Made by a program: the position numbers and the translations under genes | Shown here: in pieces, positions 1 to 11,100 of the stretch | Layout of the letters: each line of letters begins with the position of its first letter | How positions within the stretch are numbered: the stretch's first letter is position 1 | The notes under the pieces: generated by a model | Told to the model about the DNA's origin: nothing | Seen by the model: the letters and a program-made list of their open reading frames with translations, nothing else | Databases searched by the model: none | NCBI GenBank assembly: GCA_036172245.1 | Contig: JAYWIR010000002.1 | Coordinates: forward strand, 6,944,001 to 7,008,000 | DNA from: Raillietiella orientalis | Lineage: Eukaryota | DNA length: 64,000 nt | Reading direction: 5' to 3'

Positions 1-77
1 CCTCCCAGACCCAGCTCGGGGCGGTGCACCCTCGGCGCAAGGAAAGAGGCCGCCGAAGAAAAAAGGGGTCCTGGAGT

Positions 78-119
78 TGTGTGTGGGTGTGTGCGTGGGT
101 GTGTGTGTGTGGGGGGGGG
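78..119. repeat. (GT)n-like microsatellite followed by a G run
   Basis: tgtgtgtgggtgtgtgcgtgggtgtgtgtgtgtggggggggg read directly. Confidence 0.85.
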
Positions 120-899
120 CAGGAAAGGGTTGTTGTTTAACCTCCTTCCCTCCTTCCTTCCGTCCCCAATCGCTGTCGGCCCTTCCGTCCTGCCACGAGC
201 AGCCTGAACCGGGTCGTCCCTCTCTGGCGAGCAGACCCTTTCGAGAACCGGCGAAGGGGCGCTGATCACACGGGGGTTTCCGAGATCGCAGGTGCCTCCT
301 AATCAGGGGGGAAGGCGCTCCCGATGGGATTAATTTCCGCAGTGCAGATTGCACGGGGAAGAGCGTTTCCATCGCGACGGAGGAGGCGGATGAGGGCTGC
401 CCGTCCAGACGGCAGCCGGACCGTCGCCTGTTCCGCTGATTGCCCCGCGTGTAAACACTCGGCGGCGTCCGCTCTTGGCGACGCGCGGGTTCCTCCCGGG
501 GACGAGAGGAACCGGAAACGGGATAGGAAGACGCGCGCGGGCTGCGCTCGTCTCTGGAATGCAGGTGGAGGACATCCGCTGCCGCCGCTACAGCGTCGAG
601 GGCTCTGCTGACGCCTAGGCGAACGAGACGGGCGGCACACATTTCTCGGAAAAGGGAGGGGGGGCAAATGGGGGGAGGTGGGGGGACGCTCGCAGAAGGC
701 CACGCCAGCCACACTTTCCTTCTTCGCTCCCCGCGACGCAGAGGAGCTGCTCAGCGACGAGGACGGCTAGAGGCAACCGCGGCGCTGCAGGGGACGCGCC
801 GGTGCTTAGCCTTGTGGTCGAGCGAAGCGGGAGGAGGTCCGGGGTCCCGTGCGACCCGTGACGCGGACCTTTCCTGCTAGCGGTCCCGAGCGTGCGCGA

Positions 900-2874
900 G
901 GCGCTCCCGAAGCGCTGCTTCCGCTGTGCCCGCCCGTGTTCCGGCCGCGTTACGTGAAATAGGAGACAAAGAAGCACCGGAAGGGACGACTGCGTTTCCG
1001 CTCTGCCGTCGCCCGGGCTCGATTGTTGGACCCTTCCTTAATTGCTCCCTAATTGGAGCAATTTGGACCTCCGCTCGCCTCGTCCTGGAGGCGCCGCCAG
1101 GACGACGCGCTTCCGAGGCCGGCCGCGAGGAGCACACCCGGCGTTCCGAACGCCGCTGGCGAGGCGGTGCATGTCGTGGCTCGTCGCCACGTGCACCTCC
1201 AGTGCACCTTTGGTCCCGGCGCCGGAGGAAGGGAGCCCACCGACCTGGAGGATGCCTCGGGAAGCGCTTTCGGGCGGGGACTGAACACCGCAGCGCAGTG
1301 TGACCATCTGTGAAAGGGCAGCTGGAGAAGCGGATGGTCCCGTCTTCGAAAGTCTCCGGTTTCCCCCCCCTGGTGTCCCGGACGGCCTGCCGTGAGTCGA
1401 GGTCCGCGCAGTCCGTGGCGGAAGAGTGGCCTTCCTGCAAGAAGAAGCGACCAGGTGCCTGCTCACCCCGCTCGGCGGAAGGCCTCGATCCGCCAGACTG
1501 TTCGGATCCGGAACCTGCTGATGCAGCGCGAGCCCTCCGGCCCGCAGCGAGCTAGAAAGGACCCGGGTTGCCAGCCTGCGTGAAACCTCTCGGGCGTATC
1601 TTTAGGAAGCTCTTTGCAAGAAGAGGTGGCGGAACGTGGTGACCCTCTCTTCCGTGACGGCCCGAGGCGGGTAGCAGAGGTGGCTGGCACCTGCGCCCCT
1701 CGTGGTCCTCCGGAAGGCGGACTGCCTGCACTACCGGTTCATCAGTTCCCTTGGACCCCTTTCGATGAGGGCAAGCTGCACTCCCGTGCTGCCGCTCAGC
1801 GACGCTTTCCAAATTTGACTCGGCCGGGGGGGGGGGGGAGAGAAACTGGAGCGAAGCGAAGAGCAGCAAAGAAAGAAAGAAGCAGCGGTGTCGGCGGGAA
1901 CACTTCCTCCAGCTTCCTGAAGATTCTCTTTGACAGCTGGAAGACGCGCGAGTTGGTGGATGCTGCCATTCAGCACGTTTTGGTGACGGGACTCCTCCGG
2001 TGAAGTGAACTCTTGAGTGTAGCCCCCGAACAACTTGTGGTCCCTCCCCAGTTCCTGGACGCTTCTGCATTCCCGCTCTCCTGGAAATAGGCAGTGCTGC
2101 TCTTCCTGCACTGGGGATTCCAGTGCAACGAGCGGCGCACCGCAGGGGTTGCACCCCTCGAACTGTTCTATGTGAGAGTCGGTGGAGTCGACCCCGCCGT
2201 GCCTGATTCTGGACTGTGGCGTCCTCCAGGAAGTATGGCGGAGGCTGGTGTCAGCACTCTTGCAAAAGGACACCGTCTGCGACCTGCTGCGACGGTTCTT
2301 CGCTCCTGAAGGACTCTCGACGGGCTCAGTGGTGGTCGCAACAGTGGATGGTTGTATCCATGCCATCGTCACAGCCCGCCATGTGTTCGAGATGACCACC
2401 AAACAGTGAAGGGAGGTCGCGATCTAAATGGCAGCCACCTACATGAGGATGGTCTCGAGGTGGTCTCACCTGGAAGAAGTGAAGGAGGAGATCGTCGGTA
2501 TTCAGCACCGGGTTTTAAGAAAGTTAAGAACAGCAGACACCTGTGACCCTTGTCCCCTGCCTCCCTTTATGTTTTTTTTTCTATTTTGTTCTCATCCCTT
2601 ATCCCCATTCGCTTCGTAACTTCCTTGATGTTTCTTTTTTGTTGTGATCCCAGCGCACACGGAGCGAAACCAAAGATTCCTGCCCCATCCCACCGGATTG
2701 ATTATTGTTATTATAATTTTTCACCCGCGCTCTCCTTCCGCGTTCTGGACTTTTGTTTATCCCGACTTGCGTGGCGATGGACCCTCCCCCTGAACTTCTT
2801 TTGTTTTTGGTTGGGAACCAGCGCGTTCCCAACTGGCTTGTTTTTTTAATCAAACGCCCCGGCTTGACCGGGTG
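900..2874 (+). mobile_element. Decayed Tx1/L1-like LINE, ORF2 C-terminal part and 3' UTR
   Basis: Frameshifted peptides SSSFLKILFDSWKTRELVDAAIQH and CLILDCGVLQEVWRRLVSALL..LLRRFF..AIVTARHVF resemble the Tx1 zf-RVT C-terminus; T-rich 3' UTR; terminal caaacgccccggcttgaccgggtg shared with other copies; homologous to 49380-50200 (-). Confidence 0.55.
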
Positions 2875-2889
2875 AGGAACTTCCGTTAT

Positions 2890-3200
2890 AGGATGAAGGA
2901 GGGAGGCGACGCTTCGCCTGCGGACTCCGATTGATTCTGCCGCCCATCCCATCTCCGATGGACCTCCCGGCTCCCGGAAGGAAAACCCGCGTCGCGTTCC
3001 GCTTCCTTTCCGGGAGCACGCGCGAGTTCGACAGACGTCTTTTGTTGGTCACAGCCCCCGCGAGCGGTGAAGAAGCAAAGAAGATGGCCACCGAACTGTC
3101 TAGCCCCCGGGTCCACGGCCGGTCCCCAGATGCTCCAGAACAGGAATCTCTGCTGATGCGGGACGTGGAAGCCATCGCTGAGCTGGGGTGGAAGGGGTGA
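2890..3200 (-). mobile_element. Possible LINE AP-endonuclease remnant
   Basis: DSSVAIFFASSPL..NSRVL weakly resembles the GVAIL..GRLL segment of L1/Tx1 endonucleases. Confidence 0.25.
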
Positions 3201-4059
3201 GTCACGCTGGTACTCCTCTGGTGGACGAATCCGATGCTGGAACGCGAAGTTCAAGCGAACAGAGGTAAAACGGGAGGTGGGAAGCCGCGTGCCGAACGCC
3301 AAGCATATTTCTCTCGGTCCCTCCCCCCTTCTCCTCCTCCTATCCCCCTGCTCCCTCTTCGCGAGTTTCGAACCAGAAGCCGCTGAGGACAGCAGCAACC
3401 GTCGATGGCGTAAGAGCCGGCGGTGTGGTCTCCTGCGCGTGCACTCGAACTGCGCTGACCGGGCAGAGAAATTCCACCCGGGACCTCCGGGGCTTCCAGG
3501 GATCGCCGGAGATTGCAACACGGGCGCATCGCAGGCCGGATGCTGTGTGGGGAGAGAGAAGACCCTCTCGCAGCGGAGCGAAGTCTCCACGGCGATCCTT
3601 CGCTTCAGCCGCGGAGGTTGCGGAATTCGTGTTTCTCGTCGAAAAGCGGTCGCCATGGACCCGTGCATCTCGATGCTGTCCAGTGTTCTCATTAATACAT
3701 GCGTGGGAGCAGAATGCCTGCAGGTTGACGTCGTGTCCGCTGCCAACACGCGCTCATCCTTGTCCAATTAAAGAGGCGCGTGCGTCACTGACTCTTGCTC
3801 ACAGTGTATACACAGCGAGCCTGCATCGAGCATTTTTTTCTCATCGGCAATGGACAGCTCTTTCTCTTGATAGCACCACCATTAAATACAGCACTCGTTG
3901 ATGGTGTGATCTCCTGTTCTTTACAGTAGTGGGTACGAATCTTTAAGCGTCAAACTGTGAATAGTGATGCTATGGAAGACAAGTATGCCTTAGCGTATGC
4001 AATATGTATTGATAGTAATTTGTATTGTTACCTTTATTAGGTGTGATATCGTGTATCTT

Positions 4060-4700
4060 CAGCTTCAGCACCCATGCAGATGTTTACATAATCCTCTGGC
4101 TCACACCTGATGCCACACGAGGTCTATGCCATCTGTGGGATACCATGCGTGAAACACGTCGGTTTAGACGGTTTACACACCCTCGTACAACGCGCAGACC
4201 GGTATAGCGCGACGAGAAAACGCCTCCTGCCCTCGTGTAACGCGGTAAAATCAACTCTGTACGGCTCTGTGGACGCACTCCAATCCTGTGGTACAGCGTC
4301 GGTACGGTCTTTTCCAAAAGGAAACACGAGCACACGATGCCGGTAGGTTCTGTTCCGTTTCGTTCCGATTTTCGTGAAGAAACTTGCGCAAGAAGGTGCA
4401 TTTTTCAACGACAGCTACGGAGGTGAAACCATGGAAGCCGCTCCAGCTGATTGATTGAAGACATCAATAAAAAAATTCAAGGGCTTTCCTTTCAAGTAAC
4501 AAACAGAGAATTTCAATTTTATGTTGCGTCAAAGCAAGGATTCTGCTGCAGCGACGTTCGACACGCAATTCGTATCTTTCGTGAACACTCTCCATGTATC
4601 CATGGATACGATACACGTGTGACCCATGGGGCTCGTACAACGCTGAAGGCATCCCCGCCACCATACGAGGGTCCACTGTATCAGTAATGTGTAACTGAAA
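4060..4700 (+). mobile_element. Possible Gypsy-like integrase remnant
   Basis: AT-richer block; peptide DTRVTHGARTTLKASPPPYEGPLYQ resembles the LQPPYEGPY motif at the end of Gypsy integrases; interrupted by stops. Confidence 0.35.
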
Positions 4701-6634
4701 GGAGGTCCAATTGGGACGGGTGCAGTCATGCACGGGGGAAGGAATCCATCCCAGCTTCCCATCAGGGAAAGGACGCTCCATCGAATTTTTTCGCTGAGGT
4801 TAAGTCACAGGAAGGTCGCGGCGTGGGCCGGGAGTGGAGCCCCGAAGAGTGTGGTCAGTCGCGCGCTGGCCGGATTGAGTTTTTTTTCGCACTTGCGAGC
4901 GCGGGCGGCAGAGAGCCCCCGGTCATGTGGTTCGAGGAGGAACAGGGGTGACACAGTTTGGGCAATTGAAAAAAAAAAGGATGGACCGTGTTGACCGCCG
5001 TGCGGTCTCTCCGCGCATGGTACCAGGTGCTGTGGGTTCGAATCCCGCAGCCCGGGGAAGGCCCGGCTCTGGTAAATGAGGTGTCGTGGGTTTGCGTCGT
5101 GGGGGTTTCGGGTCCTCTCCCCCTCCCTCGCAAGATAATGCTGATTGACCTCGAGTGACGTCTAGTGTGACGGCACCAGTGGAAGCCGGGTCTCCGTTGA
5201 CTGGCCTCCGGGAACAGAATTTGACCCTCCAGGATCTCTACCAGGAACCAAGAAGCGCCGGTTCCCTTCGAGACTCCCCTTCGGTTGTGAAAATGGGGCC
5301 GTAACATGGAGCTGGTTGAAACCCCCCTCGGGAGGTCGCCTCTCCCGAGGGTCAGAAGCGCTCTGCTCCCTTCGGGGAGCGACCCTTCAGGGTTCTCTTA
5401 AGAGGAGGAGTAAACAATGAGCGGTTCCCTTGCAGGTATCCTCCGGAGAAGAAATGAGGACGGATCCCTCCAGAAAGAATCAGGAAGAGTTCCATTTCCG
5501 GGTTCCCTTTGGAGACAACAGGGACGAAGGGTCCCTTTCGGAGCTTCTCTACAAAGCGTGGGAGGAACCGATCCCTTCCTCCAGAGCCTTCCTGGATTCA
5601 TAGGGTGATCCCTGCGGGGTGACCCCCTATAACTTGAAAAGTGACATGCCACGCGCTTACCACTCGCTAAGCGCATGGCTCCGCGCTGTTACATCCACTA
5701 TGTTACGACTTATCTAATCTTATATCAGAGCGAGGTGGGCGACCCTCGAGTGGCATGGACAGCGTCAAAGAGCTTCGTGAGTACCCGCTGAGAAGGCGGG
5801 CGGTTCTTCAGCACTTGGCGAGCCAATAAAGGAAAAAAGAAAAAAGCTGGAAGGGAAGCAGAGCAACAGGAGAACCCAAAAGGATTCCCATCATCCATTT
5901 CCTTCCGGAGGAGGTAAGGAGGCCCTCAGCGTGCTGGAACGGTGACGTCCTCCCCCTCAGGTGGCGGGAGTTGGCGTTGCTGGCGTTGCATGGGCGGATC
6001 CTATGCAAAGCGCCTTCACCTCTGGGCACGAGAAGGGGGGGGAGCGTGGACGCTCAGTGAGACAAGTACAGGAAGAAGGAGTTCCTCCTGCACCTGCTGT
6101 TGGACTGTGCTGCTCTCCGACCCTTTGGGATCGCCTCGCGGCGACCCTAGGATCTCCGGTGGGAGAACCCATGGACATTTTCAGACGCCTCTTCGCGCGC
6201 AGTGCCGCCCTGCCGCCAGCCGCGACCCTAGCAGTTCTCTGCCGTCTTCGCGGAATCACGGCGGCAGTCTGAAACTCCAGAAGAGACCAGAATGACCATC
6301 CATTGGACGCGGATCTCCCTGAAGACTACCTCGAGATGGGCCCACCTGGGAAAGATAAGGACAGTCCCAGCATCGTGGACACGATGCAGAGGATGCCGGG
6401 CAGCGTGCTGTGTGATCCCTCCTTCAGTCCTTCTCTCCCCGTGCAAATTCCTCCTTCCCTGTTTTGTTTGTTTACTTGTTTTGATTTTATTCCCCCCCCC
6501 CCCTCTTCACTCTCCTGGAGTGGACCTCGCTGGTCTGAGCACAGCTCTTCAGCAGGTTCCTTGCATGTAATAGAACCGACGGTTCGACCACAAAAATGCA
6601 TTTTCATCACTTTATGCCCCAGCATAACCGGGTG
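4700..6634 (+). mobile_element. Family A copy (longest): non-autonomous Tx1-derived element
   Basis: Shares blocks ggttcgaatccc, tggaagccgg..gttgactggcctccggg, catggagctggttga, ccttcctggattca, gttcttcagcacttgg with about 10 other copies; 3' part encodes WRELALLALHGRIL..HLLLDC (zf-RVT-like); ends gccccagcataaccgggtg. Confidence 0.7.
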
Positions 6635-6649
6635 ATCATCATCCCATGC

Positions 6650-8400
6650 CAATCGCAACGACCTCTCTGTGAGATCGCTACTGGCCTTTTAGAAAAAAAA
6701 GGAAAAGAAAAGAAGCAAACTGAGGTCGCTTCCGCTTCTTGAGTGATTCCGAATCGCTCAAGAAGCGGCAGTGTTTTTGTCGTTGAATGAAGAACCAGTC
6801 GAATCGGCGTTGAGGAATTTCTCCCCAAATTGGGTGGATCCTTCCGCGAGTCATTCAAGGACCCAGCCTTACGACTCAGTCCAGATTCCGGAAATCGAGG
6901 ACCATCGAGAACCATCGCCACTCCACCAAGCGGGCGGCGTTTGTTAGTTTCCCGAGAGACGATAGAACAACAGCGACCTCTTCTTGCGTAAATCCGCTGA
7001 ACAGGAGGCGGCTCATGACGACGCTTCCTCCACCTGGACTTCACGTCGAACCTCGAAAGTGGCGATGGCGCGAGACGGTCTGCCCGGTACACTGCGCGAA
7101 CCGTCCAGAGTTTCTAAAAGTTCTGGGTATTCGGACCTTGGTAGTTATCCCAGTACAGAAGGCAGCAGGGCACCATCAAAGGGAGGGGCGCTTCACGATT
7201 TTGCGTGTCATGATGTGCAAAATGCGCTTCATGACAAGGCGCTCCATTCCAACTGTCTGCGCTGTCGAGGTGCCCGATGGTGACAGGTAGAGCCATCCGT
7301 CAAAGGGAGCGTCTTCTGGCCTCATCCGGTTTCCTAGGCGACGCGTTCGCGGGAGTTCCTGCGGCATCCAAGGCAGCAGCAACAAGGAAATGTGGAGCGA
7401 AGGACGCTCTTCAGCGCTCGCCAGTTGCGTGCAGCATCAGCGGATGTCAAGTCGCTGAGGAGGCCCAGGGGCGAGCGTGCTCGGTGTCAGCCTCTTTCAT
7501 GTCTGGTGTTCGCTCCGGATCGCCGAGGTTGCGACATCCGGGGTGCTGCTGGGATGCGAATATAGTGCCTGGTGGTGGTGTCAAGAGACCAGGACAAGGC
7601 ATTCTGCACTCCTAGACGAAGCACTTGAGAGGCCGCTGGCAACGGGGTGCACCTTTGTCTTCCGCTTGTCAAAGGCCACTGTCTCAGAAGCCGCGCTCAT
7701 TCGTGGATCTCCAACCGGGCTTCGAGGTGCCAGTGATGGTGGACCACGCCTGACCAGAGGAGAGCCGTGGTACTGGCACGCGGCGACCCTGACGCTTAAA
7801 CGGGCCGTGAAGAACTGCGTGCGGGGTCGGAAGGCTGGGAGGTTAGTTGCCATGGTTCCTCCGGCCCTCCGAAGTTTCGCTCGGGGTAGCAGGCGCTGCT
7901 CGATCTGGTGGAGCGCACGTATTGGGGAGGCTCTGGGACCGAAACGGTCTTGGCCTAGTCTCAAACCCTGCGTGACTGTTGTCTGACCTATGAGAGCTAC
8001 CGGCGGGTCCACTTGGCCAAGAAGAATCTCGGATGAACCACAGAGAGAACTGAAACCTGAAGGCCCAAAACATTCCCGGTCCAATCTTCCTTCCTTCCTT
8101 CTTGGAGGTTTTACGAAGACCTTGGACGTCGAGGCGATACTTTTGGAAATTGCATAGCTGGTCTTTTGGACGAAGAAGGTGCTCCATTATGCGAGGGATG
8201 CACAATGGGGCCTTCTGAGCGAGGGAAACGATGGTGATAACCATGAAGGAAGCGCGGCGCGGTGCCTGAGTCTGCGCGGGAGGAAGAGACAGAACTAGAC
8301 CCTGCTGCAGATCGCTGCCGTCCATCCTTGTCTTGTCCTGTCTCTTGCATTGCTCTGAGTCTCTTGGAAGCTGCACGCTTCTCCTCCCGCTCATCCTCAG
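6650..8400 (-). mobile_element. Decayed Tx1-like ORF1 and start of ORF2 (endonuclease)
   Basis: VITIVSLAQK..KYRLDVQG..GMFW and GLRLGQDRFG resemble Tx1 ORF1; LGGVAMVL resembles endonuclease GVA motif; includes repeat 7631-8018. Confidence 0.4.
7631..8018 (-). repeat. Family C dispersed repeat, copy 1 (degenerate ORF1-like)
   Basis: Colinear with 13865-14264, with identical blocks such as gctggcaacggggtgcacctttgtcttcc and ccgaaacggtcttggcctagtctcaaaccct. Confidence 0.9.
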
Positions 8401-10119
8401 TCGAAAATCGGAGGAGACTTCAAATTTTCACTTCAATTTTTTTTTTTTTGCACGTTCTCGGGGAGACCCGATCCAGTTCTGATCCGGCACTGCATGGCTT
8501 CCTCGCTTCCGGAGAGTCTCCCAACATGATGCCCCGGTATGGTCCGGGTCTCCCCCCGGCTTCGGAAGGGAAGCACTTGCAGGAGGATCGAATTCGACCG
8601 TTCAGGGACCTCCGTACCGAGAGGCCGGTCGAACCTGATTCCCCGACTGCGCTCATCGGCCACTTCCCAGCGTGCTCTTCGCCTCGGCCGCTTGGGTGCC
8701 CAGCCCGAACAGGATCGCCTCGGGTCTGGCGTTGACAATGCCGATGAAGAGTCGCACCTCGGCTCCGCGAAGGCCATTGGGAAGCGCGGAAGGACCGGGA
8801 GGCCTGCAGAGATGCCGCGGGTGCGGAAGCGCCGGGTCATCTGGGAAGAGTCCGCCTTGCCCCTGGCGAACCTTACTGCCGGCGCAAAAGTCAGCGCTCG
8901 CGGACGTCCGGAAGAACTCCCTCTTCGGGCGCTTCGTCCTGCCGAGACGGCGCGAACAGGAAGCACACGGGAGAGGGAAAACGTGGAGAGGGATGTATCG
9001 GAGGAAGATGGAGTGGGGCGGGAAGGTTAGCCTGAGGGTGTGCGAGCAGGGCCGAACTCGTCAGTCGGATGTTTCCTGCCGACCTGCTCGGAGGCAGGGA
9101 AAACAGCAGCAGCAGCAGCAGCAGAAATCTCTTCCCGGATCGAAGGTGGTGCTCGGCCACGGTCCCGGTTGAACACGCGTCGCCCCCCTCCTCTCGCCCT
9201 CCCAGCGTGGGATCCACGGAGCCGCGCACCGTGGGACGGAGCTGTGAGGCTGCCGCATCCCGAGCGGAATGCAAGGCTATCCCGGCATGAAGTTCAAGTA
9301 CTCGCGAGTTTTCATCTCTTATCGATCCTCCAGGCAAGCAGCAGCAGCAACAACGTGCGTGATATCGAAGAGTGGGGCGTCCGCAGCAGGTTATCGAGCC
9401 GTGCCTTGCAGTGCGCGCTCTTCGGCACGCGGGAGGGAGCCATCGAGTCGGCACGGATCGCCCCCCCCCCTTCCTCCTCCCTCTCCTTCCTTCCTTCCAG
9501 GAAGAGATGCCTCCTCGAAGAGCCGGCGCCGCCGTCCCTCCGAAACGCGGCGGCAGCTGCGGCCAACTTCCCCGGACGGCCACCGAGCGCGCGGGTTCGC
9601 TTGAAGCGGCGGGGTTCGATCCAGGGACCCGGGGGCGGTCGGGCGGTCGCCCAGCGACTGCGCCCGTGAGAACTAGAAGAGGGCGGGTTCGCGCACGCGG
9701 CCGGACGTTCCGGGAGTCTGCTAAAATCATCCATCAGGAAAATTGGATGACAGCTTGAGGCTTCTCAGGGTGTTTTTTTTTTTGTTTTTTTTGTTTTTTT
9801 TTGTTTTTAAAAAAAAGGGATGGTCGTAAGAATCTCATTAGGGGATCATCCGGGATGCTTGGGTTGTGATTTCAGAGTGGCAACTTCGGCGTGAAGAGCG
9901 GCCGACGAAGCGTTTCCACGTGAAGAGACGCCCTTTGCATTCCCGTTCTTTCCGGCTGAGGGAGTCCGATCGCTTGTCCGTCCCTGGTCCTCGCTCAGGA
10001 AGCGAGAACCTCCGTCGCGACTCCGCGGAGCGGAATCTGTCATTGGCACCCGAGGGACTTGGGGGACACTCCCGCCCCCTTCGATGGGGTATCGGGAAGC
10101 TGCGCAGAATCGAGAGCGC

Positions 10120-10500
10120 TGCCCACGTCGGCTGGCGTGAAGACGCGGCCACCGCGCGTGATACTATAGCGTCGTGGGTTCCAATCCCGCCTGGGTGGAA
10201 GGATGGACGGACGCCGAGGGATGGGGGATGCGTCGGGGGTTTTTCGAGTCTTTTTCGCAAGACGATGCTGGTTGATCTCCGTTGGCTCCGGGTGCGGAAC
10301 TGGTGGAAGCCGCCGTATGTCCCCGTTGACTGGCCTCCGAGATCAGAAGTTGACCCTCCTCGGTCCTTCAAGGACACTTTCGGGGTTCGACTCCAATGGA
10401 GTCTGGTCGATACCCTGGATGGGATCACTTCTCCAGAGTGTCAGAAGAGCGTCTCTCTCTTCGGGAAACGCCTCCTCCAGAGAGGGTCTCTGCGACTTCC
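10120..10500 (+). mobile_element. Family A copy (partial)
   Basis: gggttccaatcccgcc..tggtggaagccg..gttgactggcctccgag..ttgaccctcc; translates WWKPPYVPVDWPPRSEVDPP as in other copies. Confidence 0.75.
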
Positions 10501-10519
10501 CGCTCGACCTCTCGGACCT

Positions 10520-11100
10520 ATTGCCTGTTGCCGGGGCTTCTTGCCAGGACTATCCCCCGGCCCCGGCACGGTCTGAAGGGCGAGCGAGCCTGGAGTAGCT
10601 GCTTCGTGCGGAAGCCGCTCTCGCTCGACCGAGCTGGCGCCTCGGAGTCGGCCGGATCCACTGACGAGCCGATGCTGTCCAGGAAGCGCGCGAGGCGGGA
10701 AGTCGCTCTGGCTCTTCCCAGCCGCCCGCTCGCAAAGCGCCGCTTCCTCCCCGTTTCTTGGACGACCCCATCCCGCGAATGCCTCGAGCAGTGCGTTGCA
10801 GCGACGAGACGCTCTGGCACCTTCTCGAACACCTTCTTGCAGAAGAAGTCTTTTCTGTTCCCATCTTCTCCTCGGTAGTTTTCTGGACAAAGTTCGCAAA
10901 GTTCGTGCTTGCTCCTGAAGCCCGTCGAGCAGCAGCATTCGTTCTTCTTTTTTTTTCCCCTCTCTCTTGCTTCTTCTCTTATTTCCTGTTTATCCCGATA
11001 ACGAGAATTCCTACTGCGATAGCAAATTGGTTTTTGGAGAGTCCCAGATGCGAGCATCTTCGCGTTTAATCAGTTATTCGACCACATTCCGAGCTGCGCT
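10520..11100 (-). mobile_element. Possible Tx1-like ORF1 N-terminal remnant
   Basis: NYRGEDGNRKDFFCKKVFEKV resembles the start of Tx1 ORF1 proteins. Confidence 0.3.
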
